From the NCBI GenBank assembly GCA_965112155.1, contig OZ218103.1: a stretch of DNA of 64,000 bases; one strand, given 5' to 3'. The translations under genes were made by a program, and so were the position numbers. The stretch is from Podarcis liolepis. Lineage: Eukaryota. This document shows, in pieces, positions 11,269 to 23,934 of the stretch (positions are counted from its first letter, which is position 1; each line of letters starts with the position of its first letter). The notes beneath the pieces were generated by a model, which ran no database searches, was not told the DNA's origin, and worked only from the letters and a program-made list of their open reading frames with translations.

Positions 11269-14200
11269 CCTCCCGAGGTGAGTAAGCTGCTGGCCGCCTC
11301 CCGATTTAGCCGGTCTCCGTCGGGCCGCTAAGGCCGGGCATCCTCTCCCAGGCCCCTGTGGGGCGGCGTGAGAAGGGAGCCTCTCTTGGTGGGGGGGCCG
11401 CCCCACGGCTCCTGAGGAGAGGAAGCTGAGGGAACCTTCCCCCAGGGAGGGTGGCCCAAAAGGGGCAAGAGGCGACATAACTGAGGGTCGGAGCGCGTTC
11501 CCCCACAGCACACCTTGGGTCAATTCCGCCGCCCCCCAACTTTAGGGGCGCGAGTTTCCCTCCTTCGTACTAGGGATCATGAAAGCCTCGGGACCTTGAG
11601 AATAAAGAGGCAGACGAGGAGCTTCTCTCCCCGGCTTATCCCTCGCCTTGTTTGTCTGGCGTGTCCTGATGGAGCGGGTTGGGGGGAAGAGAGCCCTGTT
11701 CCCTTCATGGCAACCGGGAAGCCTTCCGCGAGGAGTTCATGGCTTCTCGTATATAGCGCTTCCCACCCCTCTTAATATCTCAGGGGGCGAGCGAGAAGAC
11801 GTGGCAGCCCCCCGCGCCGCCGCCCCAAACAAACAAGCAAGCCTTCCCATACTGCTTCTGCTAATTAGTAGATTCCCCTCCCCCATACATCCAGCCCCCC
11901 CCCCCCCCCGTAGAGCATATGCAACGCTTTTTCACAGTCCTTGCTTGTTTTTGCAGTTGTGCATTCTTGCATCCCCTTTCTTTCCTGTCCTGCTGCTTTA
12001 CAGGCGGCTCCCATTTGTTCGCAGCCCAAGTTTCTCATACTGGATCTGACGGGAATATTGCTGTCAAGGTGTCCTATTTTGTGTCCGTAGTACCTTCCCT
12101 TGTTCTGGCGTCGTTTGTTGCAGCCTGTTCACTATTTAAATAATTTGAAACGTGCCATAACTGCCGAACTAGAGCGCTTACCAGGAGGCAAGGTTACTTT
12201 TAATTGTGTTTGTTGTTGCACTCACTTAAGTGATACTCACCTTGGTGATAAAATTCAGGTGTTTTTTAGTTCTGTGGATGTGGGTAAGTAGGTCCAGATG
12301 ACTGGTTGCAATGGAGGGAATGCATATCTTGTAACATGAATAACTGGTGGGAATTACCTTGATAAGTTTGAATGTTTAGGTATTTTGCATATATGTAAAC
12401 AAATAGTATTTTCATGTACTGAAATAGAAGTATATATGACAACAGAATATATTTATTAATATATTTAAACAAGGTGAAGTTCCACATGTAAAATGTCCAC
12501 AAAACTTGAATGGTCTTGTGGTGTTAGTGCAGATTTTCATATCTGAACCTGCTATTTATTTGTGACTTAAGATGGATGCAAAATTTCAAAGAGCCTGGTA
12601 GAGTGAGTAAGGGAAACATGGAGGTCACACTAAAGGTTATAAGGACAGCAGGTTGATTATTTTTAGCACATAGACATCTAGAAGGATAATATATTTATTA
12701 TGTAAAATATCAAAATCTGAATATAGATGCATGAAAGTGGAGTGCTTATTTGGATTGTACTGAAAACTGTTAGGTTGTCTGAGCGTGGCCCAACATAGAT
12801 AAAACTGCTTTTATTGATCAGCAACACAAAGATGCACATATGTGGTAGCGAATTAATGTTTGTTTCTCTGGTGTGGATTTAATATCACATGCCTTATATC
12901 AGTATAATTTAATGGCCTGGATTTACTAAACTAAAAATGTATTTACACTCAATTAAACTTAGTACAGTAGACAAAAAACTTTAGATTTTGATATCTGGTA
13001 AATGCTGGCACAATTAAGAGGGCTCTTCAGTGGCCCAGAGGTCCTTTAAATGTTGCTCAGCTGCACAGAAGCGTTTCATTAAAAAAGCAGCCCTCACTTG
13101 ACCAAAATTTAAAGGGCCCCATAGAGATCTGATTTTTTAAAAGCAACTTTACTTCACTGATAATTGCAGCGTGTCTCATGGCATCAAATCTAGGCTTTGG
13201 TTTAGTCTCATGCTTGAAATCTTACTGAAATTTATTTAAAGACTGTGAATGTCTATGCTGTTTCTTTTTAAAAATGCAAAATATTTAATCCTTCCATAAT
13301 CCATGAAGCTCTAAATCTAAGCAAATATAATTTAACATATAACTTAGGCAGGCTTTACATTATTTTAATAAATTAATTCTTAATGCATAAATAAAGGATG
13401 AACTATTCAGAGCAGATGCTTTTCAGCATGTATTCTAGCATTTATGTTCTCATTGTTCTTTTACATTTTAAAATGAAAGTGTATATCTAGACCACTGGGC
13501 TCCTTAGATGAAAAATGTAAATGGATGCAGAAATATATGCTGAAGTCAACAGGCAAATAATATGCCTTACTATAGCAGGATTGCTAACAGCTAATAATTT
13601 TTATGCCAACATCTAACTGTTTGGATAAAGTATAACTAACTAACTATTTATTTTGGAATAATATTTCAAAACAGGCTTACAGGTAAATGTTTAGGATTGG
13701 AATAGCAGAAACAGTGATAAAGTATGTATGTATCCCTGTAGTTGTGAATGGTCCTGTGCGAAGGATTATGGAAGAACTTTAATCTACTTAAGCTGCGGTC
13801 ATAACACACACCTACAAGGAAATAAACCTAATTAAGCATAGTGGGATTTACTTTTAGGTAAATATGCATAGAATTGCTTTGTTAGAGCTGGAAGGTTATA
13901 ACTTGACCAATCTGCTTCATTTTAATAAGAGCATAAGAGCCTGCTGGATGTAGTCTAGCACCCTGTCTCATAGTGGTCAACCAGATGCTCTAATGGAAGC
14001 CCATAAGCCATGTTAAAATTCTCAGTTTATACCACCTTTGTATAAGCAAAGTTATGGATATTAGGGCGCTATATTATACTTTTTTCATGGTGCTGGTATT
14101 AAGGCAGTTTTTAACCCACCAGCCCAAGCATGCTTAAGTTAGTAGTTTGTGGTTTAAAGTAAAAATAAACACAGTTTATTTGTTGTAAATATCCTTATCA

Positions 14201-14680
14201 AGTGGCTTGAAGGCAATTTTTACTCACACAGGAGACCAAGTGGCTATTTACAAGCCCTATACAAAGGTGTTGAAACAAGTCTCTAGTAATTTTGACTTCG
14301 TTTTGCTAAATGAAACCTGGGAGTTGATGCAAAGGTTTTTGGAGCATGTGGCCAAGAGTGAAATTGTGGAAACTGTTTGAAATGCTCAGTGAACAGTAGT
14401 TGCCTAAACCTTTTAATTTATGTAAGAAGATGTGAAAGATGGAAGCAAACAATGTTTCTCTGCCGATGGAAGGCATTTGTTATAGAACTAGAGGGCCGGC
14501 AATTCTTCCTCCCTGCCTGCTCCCCAAAATTTGCTGAGGTTTTGGGGAACCCCTTGGAGCAAATTTCTGGGGGCTTGGAGGGAGGAGGGAATTTATTTCC
14601 TCCACCAATGAAGCAACACCAATTGAATTCTATTCAAAGTAATACAGTATTTAATTTTATCCATCATTGTGTGTTTAGAA

Positions 14681-14802
14681 GGACTATGGGTAGCTGTCTT
14701 ATACCAGTCAGACCATTGGTCCACCAAGCTTAGTATTGCTGCTGATGGTGTCTCCAGGTAGGGCTGGAAAAGACTCCTGACTGAAACACTGGAGAGCCAG
14801 TT
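14681..14802. mobile_element. tRNA-derived SINE fragment with internal inversion
   Basis: 14681-14745 matches the family tail on -; 14746-14802 matches the family body on + (compare 36540-36712). Confidence 0.55.
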
Positions 14803-15397
14803 CCTAAAAGGCAAGCTCTAGCAGCTTTGTAGCTTAGGATGCAGGTTTAGCTGCTACTGAAGTAGAGTCATAGGGTGTGATTGATTATGATTACATGTAT
14901 GTTTATTTTAATTCACAGTAAGTCTCTCTTCAAGATGACCAATCACAATAAACATATGAGGAAAATAGTTGAGTCATAAGTACTGTGACCTATTTATTTG
15001 TTTGAAGTATTTATTTCCTGCCCCTTCATTGTAAAAGCAGTGCTCAGGATATGAAAGAAACAAAACAAAATTGCATATTTTTAAACAAGCAAGATTGGGG
15101 ACTATCACAGCAGGGTTGTGGGGTCAGTACAATAAACACATCCGTCCAACAGGCCAAACTTGCCCCAGAACACAAGTGTCTTCACTATGTACTAGACAAT
15201 TATTTGGGTGAAACAAACCTCCTTTGAGTAAAAACTTTCACAGCTTAGATGTGATTCCAAGAAGGTTGTCTTCCACATCTTAACCAGGAACCTCTCTACT
15301 ACTGGTAGAACATAGAGAAGAATCTCTCCTGGAGATGTTAATGAGGAGGACTGCTCTGATTGGAGGAGGCAGTCCTTTAGATTAAATAATAAATCTT

Positions 15398-15746
15398 AAA
15401 GGTAAAGGTACCCCTGCCCGTACGGGCCAGTCTTGCCAGACTCTAGGGTTGTGCGCTCATCTCACTCTATAGGCCGGGAGCCAGCGCTGTCTGCAGACAC
15501 TTCCAGGTCACGTGACCAGCGTGACAAGCTGCATCTGGCGAGCTAGCGCAGCACACGGAACGCCATTTACCTTCCCGCTGGTAAGCGGTCCCTATTTATC
15601 TACTTGCACCCAGAGGTGCTTTCGAACTGCTAGGTTGGCAGGTGCTGGGACCGAAAGACGGGAGCGCACCCCGCCGCGGGGATTCGAACAGCCGACCATG
15701 CAAGTCCTAGGCGCTGAGGTTTTACCCACAGCGCCACCCGCGTCCC
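15398..15746 (-). mobile_element. Sauria SINE, full length, young
   Basis: GGGACGCGGGTGGCGCTGTGGG head and (ACCTTT)n tail on -. Perfect 11-bp TSD TAATAAATCTT at 15387-15397 and 15747-15757. Confidence 0.95.
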
Positions 15747-17878
15747 TAATAAATCTTTAGATAAAGGTAATTAACAGTAGCTGGAATTGTAAAGAAGTAC
15801 GCTTTCCCAACGGAATATATATTGTATGTTTTTGATTAAACAAAAATAGCTTTTAAGAGCAAGACCCTAATTATATACAGACTTTGCAAGTTCCTGTCAA
15901 TGGGACTTGCTTACCAGTACTTCAAAGATTCAGTACTGGTAGGTTAAGCCTATTTTGAATAATGGGAAAATAATGGACTTTTGTAGAAAAAAGAATGCTT
16001 TGCTCTCAAACTCCTTAAAGGCATCTGGCCTCAGAAGGTCCGGCCTTTGTATTCTGTTTGTAGACATCTTTTTAGTAATAGCTGTGGAAATTGAGCTTCA
16101 TTAAATGACCCATTTAATTTTTTTTAAACCAAACCTTCACTGCCTCCATCTAATTAAGAAGTTGAGTGGAAGGTTTGTTTTAGTTCAGTCTGTCCGCTCC
16201 TACGGTGAGATTGTACTGCTACTTTACAAATTATTTTTTTAAGAAACAGAGATTAGTTTATGTGCTGTGGAAAACAAAGCATGTATCCAGAAATGTAATA
16301 AAAGGCAGTGTGTGTTTTTGTCTTGGTGCAAATGTTAAGAAAGCTGGTCCATATGTCAGCTTCTTAGTGAGTGTACCTGAGGCAAGTACTCATGCTGCAA
16401 ATTTTGCATAGTGTGTATGTGGGGGGAGGATAATTCCTGTCTGGTTCACCTCATACAGTTATCTGTCACATTTGTTTCAGTTGGGAGGGACAGCTGGCCT
16501 AGAGGTGCTGTTTTTGCTGCAACTGGTACTTATAAACTAAAATAGGAGGTCCTATATATTTTTTGTGTTTGCATACTGTTGTGACTTCTTGGATAAGCAT
16601 TGTTTACTTTTTGTGGTCCATTACTTTCAATTGCTTTAGTGCAGATCTAGGCCAGTACAAGAGAAGAAGGGTTAAATGCATGTCTCAAGCACAATAGCTT
16701 TTGTTTTGTCACTGGAGTGGCAGATGGGAAACCAGAATCTCTTACATTCCCGCATACATTGACTATGGGGGAGAGGCATTTACCATCAGCTGATGATCTT
16801 AAAATTAGACTTCATTTGAGCCTGTGCTCCTTGAGTGTTCTGTAATAAAAAGCATGTTTATTGTATCAATGCACTCTTAATATTTTATACAGATGATTAC
16901 ATTTTGAGCTAATGTATGCTGTAGAATCATCTTCTAAATTGACTGAAATTCATATAAATATATGAAGTAAACCTATGAATTGGTTGTATTTTGCTTTATT
17001 GCACAGTATTCAAATACATCAATTTTCTAGATATGTTAAATGTCTCTTCTGGTATATAGCCTTTTTTGTTAGAACATCTGTAACTGTCAGAAACCTCTGT
17101 GTTGATCCCCCCCGGAATATAGCAAACATAGAAATCCATAATGTTCCCTGTAAAAGGCAGATCAAAGTGCTGTACAAATCTCCTAATAGCTGTGCCTAGC
17201 TATGAATGACACTTCCTCGTTATAAACACTTTCATATTTTCTGATTTCACTTTGCTGTGTCAAAATTTTGCTTTGAACTCACTCCTAGCTCTGTTCACCT
17301 AGCTGGCTGTACACTGTTTGGTATACAATTACTATGTAGGATCAGTAGGATGAAAGCTTGTTTAGATGTTTAGTTGTCTTATGTTTGCAGTACTGTTCGC
17401 ACCAACATTCAAAAATTCATAAGACTGAAGTTAATTATTCTGCATCTCCCAGTCCTTACATCACTCCCTGTCCTCCTATTCATTCTGCTATTAAATTGAG
17501 AGTGAAGATGGCATAAAGATTCTTTTGTGTTGTTTATCTCTTCACCTTGTTGTCATGCTGCCATGCCCTTTTGCTGGATATTCTTTATCCTTGGTGTACG
17601 TTGGCTCATGGGACTATTGGGTCATGAATAATCTTCATGAGAAGAAACGTTTTATGTATATGCCTGCTGCACATTGAAACGCCAAAATAAGCCATTCCCC
17701 AGATAGCCTTTTAGTAAAATGTCTACTCACCACAAAATATGCACAGTACTCAACTTATCACCACTTTGGCATAACATCCATCACTCATTTTCACTATATA
17801 ATTGCACTTTGCTCTACTCATGCTTAACTCTGATCTAATTTCTCTCCACCTCTCTACGTTTGGTCTCCGTAATTATTG

Positions 17879-18007
17879 ATCATAGAATTGTAGAGTTGGA
17901 AGGGATCACGAGGGTCATCTAGTCCAACCCCCTGCAATGCAGGAATCTTTTGCCCAACATGGGACTCAAACCCATGACCCTGAGAGTTTCACACTCTACT
18001 TACTGAG
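17879..18007 (-). mobile_element. tRNA-Lys-headed, CR1-tailed SINE
   Basis: Reverse complement closely matches 50697-50843. Confidence 0.8.
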
Positions 18008-18326
18008 GAAGGAAGAACAATGTTGAAAGTCTATATTGATGATGGGACCAGGAATAGGAAAAAGCAACACAAAATATTTTGACCAGGGACTGCATCATAG
18101 CATAGGAAAGGTGGAGAGTAGGGCTAGGTGATAAATCAGTATATCATCCCAAATTGTTTTTGAATCCACATTGTGATAATTGTTTTGACCTGGCAATATA
18201 TCACGAGGGAAATTTGGACAAAAGGATTGGAAACTGATGACTTCCCCATGGGATGGCTCGGCTGAACAAAGACTTTTCTCTGCAGGAAGGGGAGAATCAC
18301 TACTGCTGGGATTAAAATATGTAGAG

Positions 18327-18514
18327 CAGGGGTAGTCAACCCTTTTTTATACCTACTACCCACTAATGTATCTTTCTTGATGGTAAACTTTCCTTACCGC
18401 CCACCAGTGCTCGATGGAAGGAGGATTCAGCTTGTGCTGTAGAACCCCCTACCGCCCACCTAGAATCCTGAAACGCCCACTAGTGGGCAGTAGGGACCAG
18501 GTTGACAACCCCTG
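18327..18514. mobile_element. hAT MITE
   Basis: TIRs CAGGGGTAGTCAACC / GGTTGACAACCCCTG; 8-bp TSD ATGTAGAG / ATATAGAG (7/8 match). Confidence 0.85.
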
Positions 18515-19761
18515 ATATAGAGGGAAGAGGACTTCCCTCTCCCAAATCTCACACACACAAGTTTGGAGAGGGGCAGGCCAAACAGCGCACCACCATCTCC
18601 CTGCTTTGCTCGCCTCCCTCCCCAGCGCCACAGTCCCTTCCCCTTACACTGAGGGAGGCGGCAGACGTGCATCTTTGCCTCAGAGCTACTCCCCCACCAC
18701 CACCCCTGCCGCTCCCGTCCCTGCTACCACCTCTTCTCCCATTCCCTCAGTTCTGTGGTCAGCTTTCCCACAATGTGGGAAAATCCGTGAAGCTAGTCAA
18801 TGCTTCTCAGTTCCTGTTACTCGTCTTCTGCATGTGCATGGGTGTGCATGCATGCATGTGTTTGTCTGTCTCTCTGTGCTAAGAATCCCTGTGCTAAGAT
18901 AGGGGTGGGGGTTCCCCCTCCAGGGTCTGTATCTTCTGCTTTTCCTCTCTATTCCACACCATCCAGAAATTGACACGAGGTTTGGCTGCTTCTTCCTCCC
19001 CACCTCTCTCTGTCTGGGTAGCAGTTGCCAGGACATAACCCCTTTGCTTCTACATGGTTCCATCCTTATTTCAGGCATTGTCATATATCTGTATATCACA
19101 GTATTTAGCTGGTATATCACGATGTTGAAAACCAGATATCGTCCAGCCCTAGGGAAAGAACAGTGTGCAGGAATGAAGTGATTAGGGCCCATTCCCATTG
19201 GCATAATATTGAGGATTATTGTAGTCAGTGAATACACACAGTGGTTCTGTGGTGTTGAAAATGTATTTTTATGTAGTGTGGTGGGCACATACCCATAGCC
19301 TTGTGGTACATCTTCAGGAGAAGAAAAGACTAAGGAGTAAACCCTACACCTATCTGGAATGGAGTCTGTAAGATGATTGAATGATGTTTTGTGCACCACC
19401 TTCTGGCAACTCCTGCAGCCAAGCTGGTACCAAACATATTGCTCTGCTTTCCTTAGCAAGGCTGAGAGGAGGTCTTGTTGTCTGGGCAGCCTAGGACCTG
19501 CCCAGACTTTTGCCCTGGAGAAGTCACTTGGGTCTGCCATTTTTAAAATGTCTGCAGGCATCAAAGTATGCCAGTCAAATTGATAGTCCTGTTCTGTATG
19601 ATTATTTTCCATTACACATTACACATTTGTATTTATTTGGTTTTGGTATTTAATTTCTCATGTCACTCTAGTAATTTGAGTCAGAGAGGAGGGAAGGTAC
19701 ACTAACCAGAGGGAAAGTCACCAGGTGGCTTAGTTGAATGCTTCTGTGGAAAGATGTACAC

Positions 19762-19942
19762 CAGGGGTGTCCAAGAGACTGCGATCTACTCCCACTATAA
19801 ATAAACTGGCAGTGATCTACCCATTGAATTTGATCAGAGCTGTTGAGCTTTTTTGGGGGGAGAGATCAGAGTAGTTGAGCTTTTTTTAGGGAGAGAGGTC
19901 AGATCAACTGGTAGATCGCGATCGACCAGTTGGACAGCCCTG
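19762..19942. mobile_element. hAT MITE
   Basis: TIRs CAGGGGTGTCCAA / TTGGACAGCCCTG; perfect 8-bp TSD ATGTACAC; internal ~33-bp tandem duplication. Confidence 0.88.
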
Positions 19943-20806
19943 ATGTACACAATCTAGGAACAAGGATACATTGAAGAGCTCAAGTTGCAGCCTTCATGTT
20001 TTGCCATCTTCTGCATACTTGTAGCAAAAACTTATTCCTGGTTATTTCCTTAAGACTATTTCCTCCATACTTTGGTGTTAGTCTCCAGCCAATCTGGTAA
20101 AAAGTTAATCCTATCACAGAAAACTTGGTTTATTATAATAAGAATGTCATGTTTCCTAATGAAAGTGAGAACCACTATAGATTAGGTGCTATAAGGTGCC
20201 CAAATCTTTTATTACCTGAGATGAATAAGTACAAATTTCTATTGTAGGCATAAGCAAGTGTTACCAGTTAAGCTAATGAGAAAATGGCAAGTCTTTTCAA
20301 GTTTGTATCTAGCAATTTATTGTGATGCCTTTGTAGTCTTAGGGCTTGGTTACTCTTCTGAAGTTGCTTTTGACTGTGTTTCGGGAAGCACATTTACACA
20401 AGGATGCATGGCCTCATAAAGAGACTAGATGCAGTTCAGGACACTGATAATAAACTAGTTTAAGCCCAATTTACCTCCTGCCTCTTCATGAGATCAGATG
20501 TGTGCTGTCTACACGTTATTTGGGAAAGGATAGTTGATAGTTCATCTGTGTAACTGCTGTGGAGATTTGGGAGCATGTGTTGGAGACAGGGAATAATTGG
20601 TATCTTTTTGGTGGGGGGCTTTCTTTGGTGGCCACTTAAATGTAGTGGAGTGAAGGTTATGTTATCAAATTGTTTTTAATAGGTTTCAGAGGGGGAAAAT
20701 CTTACCCTAACTTGGATTTCAAGATGAGGCAGGCTGAAAATAGCTAAACTACATACAACTAATAGCAGCTTTAGGAATTCTAATGTGGTGTTTGTTTCAT
20801 TTTTAG

Positions 20807-20911
20807 GATCAAGCAGAATATACAGATTCAATTCAACTAGCTGATTGGGCAGTGTATATCATGGATAGACATTGGTTCATTCGTTTCTTTATGCATGTGT
20901 AGGAGAAAAAG
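20807..20911 (+). other. ZFYVE9: ZFYVE9 putative exon 2 (5' leader, 105 nt)
   Basis: U-rich acceptor tttgtttcatttttag| and consensus donor AAG|GTAAGA; lies between the CpG-island exon and the start-codon exon. Confidence 0.75.
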
Positions 20912-22512
20912 GTAAGAGGATGGCAAATGACAGTATACATCTGGAATATTTGAATTAAGAGAGCACCTTTAAATTTGCATCCTTGGTATGCTTCTTATAT
21001 TGCAGTCCTAAACAGATCAGAAATTTATTTATTTATTGAGTTTCTGGCCTGCTGTTCCTTCTAGGGCAACAAACAACCAAGCAGGAAAACATTTTTTTCA
21101 CCCCAGAGCCTTCCACAATAAGAGTTATGAATCAGTCTAATTTCTAGTAATGTTTCTAGGGTGTTTTGTTTGAAGCAAGGACAAGGAAGCTTTGGCCCTC
21201 GATATATTGTTACTTTTATCATTGCTGGTCACAATAGTGTTCTGCAATAGAATCATGCATTTTTAAATTTAAAGTTTAGAGCTTCCTGTTTGTAAAAAAA
21301 ATATTATGGGTGGATTGTGAACTGAAGTATATTTAAGGCCAAGTTTGCCTGCCTTTTCTTTAGACTCTGTTGTGGGGTTTTCCTTGAAACCTAGCTGTGG
21401 AATCAGGCACTGTCACTAAGTTCTTGATTTAATGTATTTTGGTTGCCTTCTCCAGCACAAATGTTTGCAGGATAGATTTGGGAGAAAGTTTTAGAAAGGT
21501 GCACATAACAAGCTAGCTTTTTTGTTTCACTTGTGAGGCTACATATATTGAATGACTGGGTTGTCTGGTTCATTGTCTGCATGCAAGGCCTACTATTTTG
21601 TATACCAGCACAGACTTCTTCAATGTTTATTTAGATGGTGGCATTAAAAATTGCAGACTTTGCTTCTGCTTAAAGAATTGGTTGATCCCTTGACTGTGTG
21701 CAGGAACAGGTCAGTTGTGTGTACTACACTTTATCGTTACAGAGTTAATTTTAAAATTCTGGGTTCAGATTTCCTTCCCTATATAATAAACACTGTTGTA
21801 AGATATACAGATCTCTCTTTTAATTTCTATAAGGTCCTTAATCTTGAATAAGTTATATCAGTCACATTGCATTTAAGACTTTAGTGTGAAATAGTATTAC
21901 TTCCTTGGCTAATATGTTGGCTTGTTTTGAGTTGTTGTTCCAGTCCACCAGGATTATGTGGTTGGCAAAGTTTAGGCTAAATGCTATATCCTGTCATGCA
22001 TTAATCTAGGTTAGAAACTGTAGAAGCTGCAGATTCAAGAATGCAAAGCACAGTAGACAAAATATTATTGAATTAACAGGAGTCATCTTTTAAAATGTCC
22101 ATTATATAATTTATTTGACTGAAATGGTCTAGAGCCCATACTACAGTAAAGCTCACTAGATAGCTTTGGACAAGTCAGTGATTTTCAGTATAGCTTTGTT
22201 TCCTGTGGGGTTGTGAAATGTTCTATGGAAAAGAAAGGAATATATATTTGTATAAAGTGAAGATTTCTGAACTGTCACATCTACTCCTCTTTGCAATTAT
22301 TGTTTCACCTCATCCATTCAAAACTTTTTTATGTAGAGATGGTTTATAAAGTTACTTGGCCATTGGGGAGTTACCAAGATGATATATTTATTAGGTAATA
22401 TCTCCCAATGTGTCCTTGTAGTTCAAATCTGTTATACGGATGAGAAATGACTGGTAGCATCCTTGGGTCAAACATAGTTATTGAGTTGTGTGTGTGGTCA
22501 GAAGACTGATTA

Positions 22513-22682
22513 CCATATTTTGCCGTGTATAAGATGCCCCCATGTATAAGACTCCCCCTATTTTGGGGGACTCCAAATTAAGAAAACATCCCTCAGCATT
22601 ACCCATGTATAAGACGAGCCCCAATTTTAAACCTATTTTTTTGGTAAAAAATCCCCTAGTCTTACACACAGAAAAAACATGG
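22513..22682. mobile_element. Tc1/mariner-type (Tc2-like) MITE
   Basis: Imperfect TIRs CCATATTTTGCCGTGTATAAGA / TCTTACACACAGAAAAAACATGG, with TA on both sides. Confidence 0.7.
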
Positions 22683-22774
22683 TAATTTTTCCTGATTTGA
22701 TACTTCAGTCACTACTAATTGAAATCCTGCTGATTTCTGTCTGAGTTAGTAACTGGATGCAACCCTGAGCCTGA

Positions 22775-23450
22775 GTGCCCAGGTTTCTGCAGTGGCCAGG
22801 AGTGCATCTGCATAGCTAAAGCCAGTGTGCCAGCTGTGCCCTTTCCTAGAGATGTCTGATCTGCTCACAGTGACACACACCTTAGTTACATCCCATTTGA
22901 ATTACTGTAACATGCTTTACATGGGTCTGCCTTTGAAAAGTGCTAGAAAACTTTTAAAGGGCCCAAGGAGCTCCACTGGCTACTGGTCTGTATCCGGTCA
23001 CAATTTAAAGTGCTGGTTGTGACCTATAAAACCTTATACTGCTTAGGCCTAGGCTATCTGAAGGCCCAGGGTATTTTCCCATACAAACCTATCTGGGCTC
23101 TTGAGATGTTCGAGGTGGCCCTTCTCTCATTCCTGCCATGCTCACAGGCACCTTTTGTGAGAACGCAGGAGAGGCTGCTCCCAGACTTTGGAACTCCCTT
23201 CCTGGTGAACCTAGACTGAACTATGTCCTTGTGGTCCTTCCTCTGGCAGGTGAAGATTGATTGTTTTATTCCAGCAGGCCTTTGGGAGCTGATTGCTTTT
23301 AAGGAAAGGGTTTTTAATAGTGTTGTGCTGTTTTTACCATCTGTATTTTAATAGATTTATTTTTTACACTGTTTTAATTCCATTGTTGTTTAATTACTTT
23401 TCAGCTATTATTGATTATATCTTTTTAGCTTTCTGTGTTTTAGCTGTGCT
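22775..23450 (+). mobile_element. L2/CR1-group LINE 3' fragment
   Basis: Degenerate ORF2 motif LVTSHLNYCNMLYMGLPLK (ORF 22825..23022), followed by a T-rich 3' UTR. Confidence 0.75.
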
Positions 23451-23934
23451 TGTACAATCTGGACAAATCTAGTTTTTATTCTTTTTCCCAGAACCAGGGC
23501 TCAAGGCAGCATACAAAAATGCAGAAGGTGGGGTCTAGATTAGGACTGATGCCATCATGTGATGGCACTAGGGCTCGCTGAAGATCCAGTAGATCCTGAG
23601 CCAGCTCAGTGCCCTTCCCCCTCTCCCACTAGAGCACACACACACCTGGTCTTGTGGGTAGAATGGGGGAGCTCTGCTTTGGTAGAAGGAGTAGATATGG
23701 AGGCTGGCAGTGTTAGGCAGTAAATTAGTTTCAGTAGTTGATATATATTAATTTTGTTTCAAAGTTATTAATAATTGCCATTGTGAAGCTCACTGAATGT
23801 GTTCATTTAGGAAGTCCTGCAATGTTTCATATTTACCATGGGATCTTAATTTTAGTGGATATGTAAAAGAATAGATTGGTACATTTTCTATCATCATGCC
23901 AGTCATCCTGCTGTCCTTTAACCAAATTTATATA

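Larger units (their letters stand above)
10950..11277 (+). other. ZFYVE9: ZFYVE9 exon 1 (5' leader; start approximate, donor exact)
   Basis: Consensus donor GAG|GTGAGT at 11277/11278 inside the CpG island. The TSS cannot be determined from sequence. Confidence 0.7.
10580..11830. promoter_or_regulatory. ZFYVE9: CpG island / ZFYVE9 promoter
   Basis: Abrupt GC- and CpG-rich block in otherwise AT-rich, CpG-poor DNA. Contains a strong donor GAG|GTGAGT and a (GC)n run near 10604. Confidence 0.9.

Noticed and set aside
10717-12049. Cluster of 100-223 aa ORFs on both strands
   Set aside because: Expected stop-codon scarcity in a CpG island; Pro/Arg/Gly/Ala-rich low-complexity translations, mostly with non-ATG starts.
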